DNA of 37,848 nt from Octopus sinensis (GCF_006345805.1 NW_021836816.1:1-37848), one strand, 5' to 3'; shown: positions 11,577 to 24,483, numbered from the stretch's first letter. A program made the numbers and translations. The notes: a model not told the origin generated them from the letters alone.

Positions 11577-11589
11577 ATAATAATAATAA

Positions 11590-12380
11590 TGGAAATGGAT
11601 AAATTGATGAAAAAGAAATGACAGAAAAATTTAAGGTGGAGACTGAGACTGATCCTTAAGTCAAAATTAAACGGACGGAATAAGATCGAAGCTATCAACC
11701 CTAATTTCACTCCAGACAAAAAGACAAGGAAGTTGCTAACTAGATATGGGTCACTCCACCCCTCAAAAGTGACACAGACAGACTGTATGTACCAAGAAAA
11801 GAGGGTGAAGAGGACTTATTGGATGCGAACACAGCATTAGAGCAGAAGAAAACAAAATATGATGTGTAAAAAATTCCACAGAACTGCTGTTATTCGAAGT
11901 AGGAAGGTCAGGTTGGTGTAGGATGAAAGATTGCAAAGATAAAGCACTATACAAGAAATTGAAAATGAATGAAACTGAAAATAGGTGGATGAAGAAAAGA
12001 ATCATAGGGGTGTTGAAGATAAGACAGGCAGAGAAAAAAGATGGCTGTGGATGACTAAAAGTGATTTAAAACAAGAAACGGAGGCTCTAATCTGTGCTGC
12101 CCAAGAGCAAGCACTAAGAACAAACTACATAAAATACAGAATAGACAACACAGCAGAAAGTGATAAGTGCAGAATCTGTGGACAAAACGGTGAAACCGCA
12201 TGGCAATGTACGCCACTAACCCAGGAGGAATATAAGAGACGCCACGACAATATAGCCAGCTTGTTCATTGGGCACTTTACAAAAAGTATGGACTTCACAG
12301 AGCAAAAAATCGTCGAAAATAGAAATGCAAAGATCCTATGAGATTTTATAATTCAGTGCGACCATGAGATAGAGAATAGG
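11590..12380 (+). mobile_element. R4/Dong-clade non-LTR retrotransposon fragment (post-RT region, zinc knuckle, start of RLE domain), degenerate
   Basis: Translations RLILKSKLNGRNKIEAIN, DRLYVPRKEG.RGL, LKQETEALICAAQEQALRTNY, KCRICGQNGET, YKRRHDNIA, ENRNAKIL*DF. It abuts a (TAA)n run, the known Dong target. Confidence 0.85.
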
Positions 12381-12479
12381 ACAACAAATGTTGTCACCTC
12401 TGTATTAACAATCTCAACAATAACATTGTGCAACAAAGGCTATATCAACGATCACAACAACAACGGCTGCAGAAAGTAA

Positions 12480-13300
12480 CACCACAATGATAACAGATAG
12501 CCATGGCAGCCATCACAAGAAGCGTCACGACTACCATCACCGCAACTCACCCGTCACGACGACGACGACAACGTCGACCACCACCACCACCACCACCACC
12601 ACAACTATCACCACAACCACTACCACAACCACCACAATCATCACACTAACATCACCACCACCATCAATACCACAACTACTAACACCATTACCACTACCAC
12701 CACCACCACCACTGCCACCACAACTACCACCACTACCACCACTAACACCATTACCACTACCTTCACAACTACCACCACCACCACCACTAACATCACTACC
12801 ACCGCAACTACTACCACCACTAACACCATTACCACTACCGCCACAACTACCCTACCACCGCAACAATCAACACCACCTCCTCCACCACAACCACAGCCAC
12901 CACCAAAACCACTATATTAACGCCATTACCACCACCATCACCATTACAACCATCATTACCTCTACCGCAACCACCAGCTTTCAGAACAAGCACCAACACC
13001 AACACCAACCATTACCACAACCCATCACGATCACCACAGCAACAACAACAACAACAACAACGACAACAACGACGACAACGGTGACAGCCACCACAGATAC
13101 TACAGCAGCAACGGCAACAATAAGCAACCACCACCACAACAACGTCAATACGCCATAGCCGTAACAACAACAACAACAACAATACTAACTTTATTTATGA
13201 GATAAAACAGTTTCCACAACGTACCAGCTGCTTCATTGTTATCTAACTACACACCCCACCACCACCACCACCACCACCGCCACCATCACCACCACCACAC
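12480..13300. repeat. (CAC/CAA/CTA)n low-complexity tract
   Basis: Direct inspection. Confidence 0.9.
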
Positions 13301-13448
13301 ACAATCACCATTAGATATCAAGTCTGTCTGTTCGTCCCGGTCTCGGTCTCCTGTATTTGGTCTGTTTATATCTGGTGCCAGTTGTCGCTATATTTGTCCC
13401 CTGTCCACCACACAGACACCTTTTTGTAAATATGCCTACATGATACCG

Positions 13449-14160
<712 letters not shown>

Positions 14161-14529
14161 ATACTTATTCTATTTAAAGTCGCCAAATAAACGTCACAAA
14201 CAAGGCCTTTCCATTGAACTTCAGACAAATATCAAATAAGATAGAACCACTCGAACCTGGAGAAAGTTCTTGTTGCCCTGTATGTTTTTGTATTCCATTT
14301 GCTTATACCCAGAATCTGCGTCTTTTATTTTTATCTTTGGATTCCTCGTCTTGGAGAAAGCCAAAGTCCCTGACTTTTCAAGGTTAAAGACTGCAGCCAA
14401 TGTTTGTCAACGTAAAACAATTGTTTCAGAGACTTGTTGAGTTTCCTTTATCGTAGACATGAAAATCATTGTTTGTACAGAGGAGAAAATAAAACTTATT
14501 GGTGTTTACACCTCTCGCTGATATAGTCG

Positions 14530-14740
14530 TTGCTCTTTGTTTAACCCCAGGTCAGCCATAATCCAGTAGATCTATGATTAGATGTATTCCAGATATTCCA
14601 GATATTCCAGATGTATTCCAGGCATTTAATTTCAGATTTGGTGTAATTAGGACTATATAGTCAAATATGAACTTACTTTTGTTTAAGACGTTGGGTTGTG
14701 ATTTGAGGTAGAATTCGCTGTACTTTTTAACAGGTTGCAC
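14530..14740. mobile_element. Old interspersed repeat (family E), related pieces near 9500-9575, 19147-19218 (inverted), 34550-34645 and 37280-37330
   Basis: Shared motifs TTGTTTA.CC..AGGTCAG...GATC.ATGAT and GCTGCTATTTCT.GC.GGT; class undetermined. Confidence 0.45.
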
Positions 14741-14989
14741 AACCACTATGGCCTTATTTTTATTGAAATAGTAGCGAAATTATCTGAAAATATATACTCC
14801 ACAGGAATTTCATGTTAACTTACAAAAAATGTTATTTCCTTCTTAATGTATTTTTGTCTGTGAAATTGAAAGCATAAGATTTGAAGAAAACTGAACAATA
14901 CTTAGCAATCATGGAAGTTGTGCTACCAAAGATGAAATAGAACGAAACTACGCTATCCGCATAATGGGAGGGCATAATATTATTGATTT

Positions 14990-15155
14990 CAAATTTTGAC
15001 ACAAGAGAGAGGGAGGGAATAAGTCGATTATATCGACTCCCCAGCATGCAACTGGTACTCATTTTAGCAGAATTTGAACTCAAGACATAAGGAGTGACGA
15101 AATGCCGCTAAGCATTTTGCCCGGCGTACTAAAGATTTGGCCAGTTGGTTGCCTT
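14990..15155 (-). mobile_element. SINE family A, old, internally deleted
   Basis: AGTCGATTATATCGAC..CTGGTACT then GAATTTGAACTCA...GCTAAGCATTTTGCCCGGCG. Confidence 0.8.
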
Positions 15156-15516
15156 TGTGTATAATATTATTATGAAGACAAAGCTTTAGAGAGAATAAGG
15201 GCAATGCAAAGCCAGATCATTGCATTTCAAAACAACAAGAAACAGAAGCATTGTAACCACTGAAATGGAACGCCGTTTGTGATTTTAGATCGATGGTTGC
15301 AATTAAAAGTAGATTCTTTAAAATAAAATCGCCATCAGAACAACTCGGTCAGTCTATTTGCAAAAGAAAAACGTAAAGACGTAAATCAAACCGAATGGGA
15401 AAATAAGCGAAAACCTTTTCATTTTTTGAAGTTCGACAAGAAAAGAAAATGATCTCGATCCTATAATGTTAGTTTTGTTGGTAAAAATACACGCGCGGAG
15501 TGGAAGCCAGATATCA

Positions 15517-15844
15517 CATCATCATCATCATCATCGTTTAACGTCCGCTTTCCATGCTAGCATGGGTTGGACGGTTCAACTGGGGTCTGGGAAGCCCGAA
15601 GGCTGCACCAGGCCAGTCAGATCTGGCAGTGTTTCTACAGCTGGATGCCCTTCCTAACGCCAACCACTCCGAGAGTGTAGTGGGTGATTTTATGTGCCAC
15701 CGACACAGGTGCCAGACGAGGCTGGCGAACAGCCACGCTCGGATGGTGTTTTTTACGTGCCACCGACACGGAGGCCAGTCAATGCGGTACTGGCTACGGC
15801 CACGTTCGGATGGTTTTGGTATGTGCTACCGGCACTGGTACCAC
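15517..15844 (-). mobile_element. RTE-tailed non-autonomous retroposon with internal ~65-bp tandem units and (GAT)n tail
   Basis: Minus strand reads GGTTGGCGTTAGGAAGGGCATCCAGCTGTAGAAAC...CCAACCCATGCTAGCATGGAAAGCGGACGTTAAAC(GAT)n; the GTGCCACCGACAC-type motif occurs three times. The RTE link is from memory. Confidence 0.7.
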
Positions 15845-15887
15845 AAAACTACAAATTCCATTAATTTTCATAATATATTGGTTTCGA

Positions 15888-16094
15888 AATTTTGACACGA
15901 GGCCAGCAATTTTGGGGGAAGGTGTAAGTTGATTAAATCGATCCCAGCGCTTAACTGCTACTTATTTCATCGACCCTGATGGCACGAAAGGCAAAGTCGA
16001 CCTCAATGGAATTTGGTCTCAGAATATAAAGACGGGCGAAATGCAGCTAAACATTCAGCCCGGTGTGCAAACGATTTTGCATGCTCGCTGCCCT
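15888..16094 (-). mobile_element. SINE family A, old copy
   Basis: Diverged homology over the full length. Confidence 0.8.
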
Positions 16095-16174
16095 AAAGGG
16101 AAAAGTAATATTGAAGATGGTGCTTATATTAATAAACAAGTTAAAATTTTTTTGTTTCTACTACAGGTACAAGG

Positions 16175-16430
16175 GTGGAGGCGCGCGGCTTAGTAGTTAG
16201 GATGTTGGACTCTTAATCATAAGATTATGGTTTCGATTCCTGGACCGGGCGACGCGTTGTGTTCTTGAGCAAAACACTAAATTTCACGATGCTCCAGTCT
16301 ACCCAGCTAGCAAAAATGAGTAACTCTGCAAGGGGTCGGCGTCCCGTCCAGGTGGAGAATATATACGCCACTGAAACCGGGAAACCGGTCCTTATGAACC
16401 TCGAATGGCTCAAGAAGGAAACATTTCTTT
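16175..16430 (+). mobile_element. SINE family D
   Basis: Homologous to 9810-10072; B box GTTTCGATTCC. Confidence 0.85.
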
Positions 16431-16559
16431 CTTCTTTCTTCATATGGGTGAGAGGGGATTGTTGGGGGAACTTACTTAGCGATGAAAGGATAACTGCAAA
16501 TCTCTCCTCAAACTGGATACTAATAACTCATCCCTTTTTATTGGATTATAATGTCTTCT

Positions 16560-17520
16560 GGGGAATCTTCGTGATCTGTGGGTCTGAAAACACATGTGCT
16601 TACAAAGAGCTCAAACAGACATTTCTACTAGTTTCAAGGAAATACAACTCAAGGAAATACAACTCAATCATTACATGAAGAAGATTGATTTAAGAATTAT
16701 TCTTGTCACGAAACAGAAAGCTATCGTAAGTCTATAAATTCAGAGTCTGAAATGTTATTAACGTTTGATAATGCTTTAGGATATCTAAATGTACTCGGTG
16801 ACTTTTGTCAGAATGTAAAGTGTATTTTTACTACCCTCGACTATGACTTCGCTGCTGCAGTCAATAGACCAGGGGGTAATAGCAATAGTCAAACCCTACT
16901 ATTTACTCAAAACTTTTATCTAAGCTATTATGATGAAAAAAAAGACAAAACAAGACAAAAACGGAGATGGGGTGAAAATGCAATTAATTTAACAGCCTTT
17001 GGGAAGAACACACAAAGAACAAAGAATAGCTTAAAAAATGAATTAAAAAGAATTAATATAAAGAAAGGAATGGAAAATGCTAATGATGTAAAGTGTGAGA
17101 TAATAACGAGGAATATGAAGGTTGTTTAAAGAAAAAAAAATTAGAAAAATATAATTCTCATTGCGCTAATAAGTTTGGTAGATTCGGGGCTGAAGTTACA
17201 GGAACCGTTGCAGAAATCAATCATACATTATAGTTTAACGTGCAGATGATGAGGATAATGGCCAAAACAGAACAGATGAAGATTAGAAGCAAGCAAACAA
17301 AAGAATTCTCAATTAAAGAACTCGTTGCTATTCTTAGAATTTTGGGAGACTGAAAGTAGATGATAACGGCTGCAGATCCGATGAGAGAGAAAGAGAGAGA
17401 ACTTTAGAAGACATGTTGAAAAATGCACTCAGCTGTTAGAGGGTCATGCACAAAAAGAAAGAAAACTCAAAACAAACAAATAAAAAATGTTTTTAGACTA
17501 TATGAAGAAAAAAATTTCAA
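16560..17520 (+). mobile_element. pogo/Tigger-like transposase relic (DDE_1), heavily decayed
   Basis: MLLTFDNALGY resembles LLLLDNAPGH; after a frameshift TSLLQSIDQGVIAIVKPYY resembles TSLLQPMDQGVIA.FK.YY. Confidence 0.75.
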
Positions 17521-17829
17521 ACCAATATAGTATTTACGTATTCTGAATAAAGACAATGAAATGACGAATTATAAAGCAGCATCTAATTCATTAAATTTTT
17601 GTTCTTTACGTATATCGATTTTCCCACGCACTCCAAATCCTCTACTACTTTCAAAGTCTGGACATCAAAAGGTCATTCTACACGAATTTATTATATGTTC
17701 GAATAGTGCGATTTCGAATAATGTCGTATTCTTAAATTGTGATCACTATCCCCAGCGGTGGGGGAAATTCCCAGCCTCCCAACCTCTTTGTCTTTACATC
17801 TGTATGTAATAACATAACTGCATAAATAT

Positions 17830-17863
17830 GTAATTGATAATACATACATATGCATATATATGA

Positions 17864-17905
<42 letters not shown>

Positions 17906-18102
17906 GCGCGTATATACACATCTGCATGCGCGTGATTATAAGGCTACATCTTTCAAGTCATTGTCTGTCTCTCCTTGCTGCCGCACCCTTTCTCTCTCCC
18001 TCTCTTCCCAAGGTCTTTCCCAAGGTCCTTTAATGTAAGTTATGCAATATCTGTCTGCATGTCCGTCTGACTGTCTATCTACTTATCAATCTAACACTTT
18101 GT

Positions 18103-18144
<42 letters not shown>

Positions 18145-18246
18145 ACACATATACATACATACATATATATATACATATATACATATATACATATATATAC
18201 ATATACATGCATACACACACACACACACATATATATATATACATAC

Positions 18247-18281
<35 letters not shown>

Positions 18282-18329
18282 AGCTTTGGAAAACACGCTA
18301 TAAGGTTATTAGCTACATAATATTAAATA

Positions 18330-18363
<34 letters not shown>

Positions 18364-18465
18364 ATCTATATATATATATACATATATATATGTGCATATA
18401 CGTAAATATGCTCAGACATTCCATACATAAATATATTTATGCGCGCGCGCTCGTGTGTGTGTGAG

Positions 18466-18507
<42 letters not shown>

Positions 18508-19010
18508 TGTGTGTGTGTGTGTACAAACAAATTATCGTGGTGAAATCCGTTAAGTGCACCATACATACATCTATGCCAGACCTGAGCTTGCTAATGGCTC
18601 GGACACTGTCCAACCAACTACAGACTCGGTGATGGAGCAGTAACGGAAAGAGTAACAACTACAACAACAACAACAACAACAACAACAACGATAGCAACTA
18701 CTACTACTACGACTACTACTACTACTGCTGTTGCTGCTGCTGCTGTTGCTACTATTACTACTTCTACTACTACTACTTTCTGTACGCAGACATGTACATA
18801 AAAGTGCATACTACTACTACTACTACTACTAATACCACACAAGGACGATGACCACTACTAGTAGCAGCAGAAGTAGCACGAAGACCACCACTACCACCAC
18901 CACTGCCACCACAAAAAAGCGACAATGTCGACAGCAACAACAACAAAAACCATGACCAAAATTCTATAAAAAATGACATTATAACAACCACCACCAGAAA
19001 CATCGAAAAC
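17830..19010. repeat. (TA)n/(CA)n/(TG)n and (CAA/CTA)n microsatellite region with short unique spacers
   Basis: Direct inspection. Confidence 0.9.
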
Positions 19011-19477
19011 ACTACCCAACAAGAGCTGAGCTTTCCGTGTTCCTTCGGCTTTACGTGTTCCCGTCAAGAATACCTTCAACTGACTCCCAAGAAAAAGAAA
19101 ACAAAGTACGTCTTTAGATTATGCAGTTCCACATACCCTATGGTCACTGGATGGTCACGGAAAGAATGCGTTTGATATAAGTCTACTCGATTAGAGCTGA
19201 CCTTGGGTTAAGAAACAAAGATAGCATCGCGATCATAACTTGGAACATCCATAAAGTCTGAAAGTCTTCACAACCACCAAAATATTTATTTTATTTTGTA
19301 TTTGCTTCAATCATTAAACTGCGGCCATGCTTAGGCCAGTCTGGTGTTTAAACCAACCCTAGGACTTCGAGTCGTTAAGTCCTGGGGATTTAAACAACTC
19401 AGCACCGGTTGTCATAAAGTGGGAGCACAATAGCAAACACACGCACACACACATGCACGTATATATATTAAGAAAAA

Positions 19478-19860
19478 GGTGAAGGCGCAATGGCTCAGTG
19501 GTTAGGGCAGCGGACTCGCGGTCATAGGATCGCAGTTTCGATTCCCAGACCGGGCGTTGTGAGTGTTTATTGAACGAAAACACCTAAAGCTCCACGAGGC
19601 TCCGGCAGGGGATGGTGGTGATCCCTGCTGTACTCTTTCACCACAACTTTCTCTCACTCTTACTTCCTGTTTCTGTTGTACCTGTATTTCAAAGGGCCGT
19701 CCTTGTCACTCTCTGTGTCACGCTGAATATCCCCGAGAACTACGTTAGGGGTACACGTGTCTGTGGAGTGCTCAGCCACTTACACGTAAATTTCACGAGC
19801 AGGCTGTTCCGTTGATTCGGATCAACCGGAACCCTCGTCGTCGTAACCGACGGAGTGCTC
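19478..19860 (+). mobile_element. tRNA-derived SINE family C, full length
   Basis: A box TGGCTCAGTGG and B box GTTTCGATTCC; homologues at 20576 and 21738. Confidence 0.9.
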
Positions 19861-19871
19861 CCCCCCCCCGC

Positions 19872-20325
19872 TATTAAGAAAAAAGAGGCAGTCAGAATTT
19901 TGGATAATTCTATATTAGCGATTTCGTTCGTTTATCGAATTCGTGAAGATAAAATTAAAATCAAATTGGTAAAAACAGAACGTTTGCTTGTTCATTTATA
20001 TCAATCAGATGTTGTTTTGCTTTATTTAGAAGAGGAGAAAAATGGTTTTTTTCGGAGGTGCGGGGGAGAGAAAGAAAAGCAAAGAGGACCCCCTCTTCGC
20101 TTTTCTTCCTCTCTTTCCCCCCTTTTCAAAAAAAAAAAACCCACAAAAAAGCATATTTCTCCTCTTCTAAACAAATCAGAAAAGCATCCAGTTCATCCAA
20201 ATGAACAACGAAATGTTCCGTTTACACCATTTTTGATTTTGAGTTTCTCTTCACGAGTTCGAAAAACGAACGAAAGCGCTAAGAAAGAATTATCCAAAAT
20301 TCTGACTGCCTCATTTTTCTCAATA
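19872..20325. repeat. ~450-bp imperfect palindrome (fold-back)
   Basis: GAGGCAGTCAGAATTTTGGATAATTC pairs with GAATTATCCAAAATTCTGACTGCCTC; pairing continues inward to GAGG-ACCC-CCTC at about 20084-20095. Confidence 0.92.
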
Positions 20326-20411
20326 TACAATATCTGTACACTACTTTAAACACTCTATACATACATACATACATACATATTTTTTTTCTCTCCTTGTTTC
20401 TTTTCTGTGTA

Positions 20412-20449
20412 TCTTTCTGTTGAAGAGCGTAGGCTCGAAACGTAAAAGA
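20412..20449 (+). ncRNA. Minimal type I hammerhead-like motif in a Penelope-like terminal fragment (about 20380-20550)
   Basis: TCTTT-CTGTTGA-A-GAGC-GTAG-GCTC-GAAAC-GTA-AAAGA, with one core substitution (A6 to T). Confidence 0.65.
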
Positions 20450-20575
20450 CTTGTTTTATTTATATTCCTGAGCGCCATACTAATACAATTGTTTGTTTAT
20501 ATTCCACCTGCCTTCGTCTTTTGTTTATTTTCATAAAGCTTCCCGTTACATACATACATACATGTATATGTACAT

Positions 20576-20866
20576 GTGGAGGCGCAATGGCCCCGTGGTT
20601 AGGACAGCGGACTCGCGGTCGTAGGATCACGGCTTCGATTCCCAGACCAGGCGTACCTTGCTGTGCTCTTTCACTACAACTTTCTCTCGCTCTTTCTTCC
20701 CGTTTCAGCCTTGCCACACTCTGTGTCACGCTGAATCTCCCCGAGAACTACGTTAATGGTACACGTGTCTGGAGAGTGCTCAGCCACTTGCACGTTAATT
20801 TCACGAGCAGGCTGCTCCGTTGATCGGATCAACTGGAACCCCTGTCGTCGTAACCGACGGAGTGCC
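20576..20866 (+). mobile_element. SINE family C with internal deletions
   Basis: Homology to 19478-19860. Confidence 0.88.
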
Positions 20867-21029
20867 ATCATATATATATACATAACACGAATGGAAGTCA
20901 CAGATTATATGCACTTCCTCCAAAACTTTCTTTAGGTTGACTGCTCTGCTGTCGGCGCCCGAATGCCAGAAGAAGGTATCTTTTGTGGTTACGTAACTGA
21001 GATTGGACCTTGACTGCTCCAAGTTTTCT

Positions 21030-21737
21030 TTCGAGTGCACCAAAGAAAAAAAGAGATCAGTGATTCGATTTATCTGGTCTGGAGTTGTGACGGGTTGAAA
21101 TTCTTTGCGAACTTTCAGTACTATGCTCTACTGCGTAGAAGTGTATATGAATGGATGAAAAAGTTTAAAAAATAGCCGGACAGGCGTGAAGCACGAAAAT
21201 AGAGTAAGGACGTCCATCAACACCCACAACTGACGTGGAGATTCAACAAGTTCGGGAGATGGTTCTGGCGACCTGGCGAGTGACTATCGATAAGGTGGAA
21301 CGGTCTCTGCAACTTAGTCATGGTTCTGCATATAAAATCATCCACAACAAGCTTCGATTTCGTAAAGTCTGTTTCCAGTTGTGTGTCAAGAGAGCTTAGC
21401 GAAGTGTACAAACGCAATCATGTGATCTGTCAGCACTTACTCGACCGCTACAACGATGAAGGCGAAGTCTTTATGGAGAGAAGAGTCACAGAAGATGAAA
21501 CTGGCTCCATCGCTTTGAGCTATAGTTCAAAAGGCAGAGCATGGGCTGGAATCATCCGGAATCACGAGGAAAAACGAAATTCAAGACTTAACTTACCACA
21601 GAAAAAGTGATGCTAACCGTTTTGGAGGATGCGTAAGGACCTATACTGGAACAATGCCCGGAAAAAGGATCTACAATCACCAATGCTGGCCAACAAACTG
21701 AAACCAGCAATTAGCACCAAACCCTAGTGTCTATTGT
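21030..21737 (+). mobile_element. mariner-type transposase relic (N-terminal HTH to mid-catalytic domain)
   Basis: RSVIRFIWS, SVYEWMKKFKNSRTGV, GRPST, SHGSAYKIIHNKLRFRKV, RRVTEDET, KVMLTV, with frameshifts. Confidence 0.85.
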
Positions 21738-21870
21738 CAATGGCCCAGTGGTTAGGGCAGCGGACTCCCGGTCGTAGGATCGCGGTTTCGATTCCCAGAC
21801 CGGGCGTTGTGAGTGTTTATTGAGCGAAAACACCTAAAGCTCCACGAGGCTCCGGCAGGGATGGTGGTGA
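21738..21870 (+). mobile_element. SINE family C, 5' fragment
   Basis: Near identity to 19488-19621. Confidence 0.88.
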
Positions 21871-21935
21871 AGATACATGCCAAGGGCAGAAATCAGGTGT
21901 TTTCGTGTGGAAATTTGTGTGTTTTTTTACTATAG

Positions 21936-21994
21936 ATAAATGAAAGAATGGAGTCGAACGACGATTTAACAAAGTCGTTCGACTCCATTCTTTC

Positions 21995-22000
<6 letters not shown>
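21936..22000. repeat. Perfect 27-bp inverted repeat with 11-nt loop
   Basis: ATAAATGAAAGAATGGAGTCGAACGAC at 21936-21962 and its reverse complement at 21974-22000. Confidence 0.95.
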
Positions 22001-22055
<55 letters not shown>

Positions 22056-22057
22056 TA

Positions 22058-22233
22058 ATACAAAATAAGAAAATGGAGAAATACACCTTAATCAATAATC
22101 AACTACCAGATAATACCCAATCACATAATTTATTAACCCACTACATATGATGGGTTAATAAATTATGTGATTGGGTATTATCTGGTAGTTGATTATTGAT
22201 ATAGATGTGTTTCTCCATTTTCTTATTTTGTAT
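22058..22233. repeat. 83-bp inverted repeat with 10-nt loop (inner 50 bp perfect)
   Basis: Arms at 22058-22140 and 22151-22233. Confidence 0.95.
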
Positions 22234-22407
22234 AAATTAATTTGTGGTAAAACATTTTACCTTTGCCCATATAATACAGTAAATGAATGAATTGCATCGC
22301 AATTCTTAACATTTATGTATTAACTTTGTTGGGTGCTGTACTGGCAGTATATTGGATATTTGTTATCCCATGGTGGGTTGCACTCACAACCCCTATCTCA
22401 ATTTGTA

Positions 22408-22461
<54 letters not shown>

Positions 22462-22462
22462 A

Positions 22463-23053
22463 TACGACAGGTTTCCACAGTTTCTGACAATCAAATGTTT
22501 TGAAAAGACAATGATCGGCTTGACGTTTTAGTAAAAGACACTTTCTCAAAAAGCTGTGCAGCAGGCCTGACTGAACTCGAAACAATGCACTTGAAATGTA
22601 AACCTCTTAACCTATTTCTTTATTACATACAGGGGGCTAAACACAGAGGGGACAAACAAGGACAGACATAGGTATTAAGTCGATTACATCGACCCAAGTG
22701 CGTAACTGGTACTTAATTTATCGACCCCGAAAGGATGAAAGGCAAAGTCGACCTCGGCGGAATTTGAACTCACAACGTAACGCAGACTAAATACCTATTT
22801 CTTTATTACCCACAAGGGGCTAAACACAGAGGCAACAAATAAGGACAGACATAGGTATTAAGTCGATTACATCGACTCCAGTTCGTAACTGGTACTTAAT
22901 TTATCGACCCCGAAAGGATGAAAGGCAAAGTCGACCTCGGCGGAATTTGAACTCACAACGTAACGCAGACGAAATACCGCTAAGCATTTCGCCCGGCGTG
23001 CTGACGTTTCTGCCAGCTCGCCGCCTCTTAACCACACAGCCATGCATGCGCCT
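22463..23053 (-). mobile_element. Old SINE family B copy (22463-22612 plus 23034-23053) split by a family A dimer
   Basis: TACGACAGG...AAGACACTT...GAACTCGAAACAATG...CTTAACC and ACACAGCCATGCATGCGCCT align to 33884-34049. Confidence 0.75.
22613..23025 (-). mobile_element. SINE family A dimer (22613-22794, 22795-23025) with 8-10-bp TSD
   Basis: CCTCTTAACC at 22603-22612 and 23024-23033. Confidence 0.92.
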
Positions 23054-23489
23054 AAATAAATAAATAAATAAATAATCTCTCTGAGACAAATCAACATAAA
23101 ATCCAACCTGGAAACCGTCGTCTATAGAAAATAACTATGAACATAAATACAACACCGAAGACATGTCCGCCAGTGATACGTTTTTATTTCAAGCATTATA
23201 TAACGGGAAGTCCAAACAGAGACACCGTCCTTCTTAACAATCATCATATCGCCTTCCTCCCGCCTCCGGTTTCGTATGTATGTGTGTGTGAGTGTGTGTG
23301 TGTGTGTGTGTGTTTGTCCGCCTGGTTTGTTAAGATATTGGTGTGGCCTGACAGGCCGTCGGCCTTGTGCACCTATCACTGTCCATCATAAACCATGGCA
23401 AAATCCTGCAAATTAAAACCGGGCTTTTCTCACCAAAACAGGTACAGCACGCATGTCATGTGAATGTGTGCAAAGAATAGTGTGAACAT

Positions 23490-23779
23490 ACACACACACA
23501 CATAACACACACACACACACAACACACACACATACACATACATACGTACAATATTATATACATACATACACATATGTATCAATATACATACATACATATA
23601 TATATATATGTGTATATATATACATATATATATGTATATATACACACACATACTCAAAAATATATGTATATATATATATATGTAGACACACACACACACA
23701 CTCACATACATACATACATACATATATATCTATCTATATATATACATACATTCATATAACATACGTACATATGTACGTA

Positions 23780-23844
<65 letters not shown>

Positions 23845-23954
23845 ATATATACATACAAACATACATATATAAAATATACACTGATATACGTGTGTATTTG
23901 TGTTATATATATATATATATATATATACATATATATACATATCAACTACCTGCG

Positions 23955-23987
<33 letters not shown>

Positions 23988-24020
23988 ATGTTTGTGTGTG
24001 TGTATGTTTGTGTGTGTGTA
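23490..24020. repeat. (CA)n/(TA)n/(TG)n microsatellite region
   Basis: Direct inspection. Confidence 0.95.
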
Positions 24021-24483
24021 CAAGCGCTCACGCGCAAACATACATATAGGAAGATTTAGTATATGCAATGTAGTCCAGGTGGGGTGGGGAGAGGTGATTA
24101 TGCACAATGAGAACTATTTGGAAGAAAAAAGGGGATTGATAGGGTGACGGAAGATGTCAGTTTTGTTGGCTTTGCACACACATACACAAGACACCATATT
24201 ACAAGTCTACAGCTTCTATATTCTGTCAGTTACTACCACGACTGACATCGGTACTGCCGCAACGACCACGCCATCACCACCATCCTTAAAACCAGAAGGG
24301 CAGCCATAGCAACGTCACCACAATAAGACTCGCTACTACTATTACATCACAATTTCCACCACGCGAGCGGCCCCTCCCCTATCAAAATCACTAACGCTAT
24401 TACCACTACTACCATCGTTATTCCCCACCACCACCACCACCATCTCATTCCCCGTCAGCATCATAATTCTCACTACCCCCACC

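Noticed and set aside
11985-12341. 118-aa ORF as a host zinc-finger gene
   Set aside because: It is part of a frameshifted R4/Dong retrotransposon.
19855-20349. 164-aa ORF
   Set aside because: It starts in a SINE tail at GTG and runs through both arms of a palindrome; the opposite-arm frame is broken.
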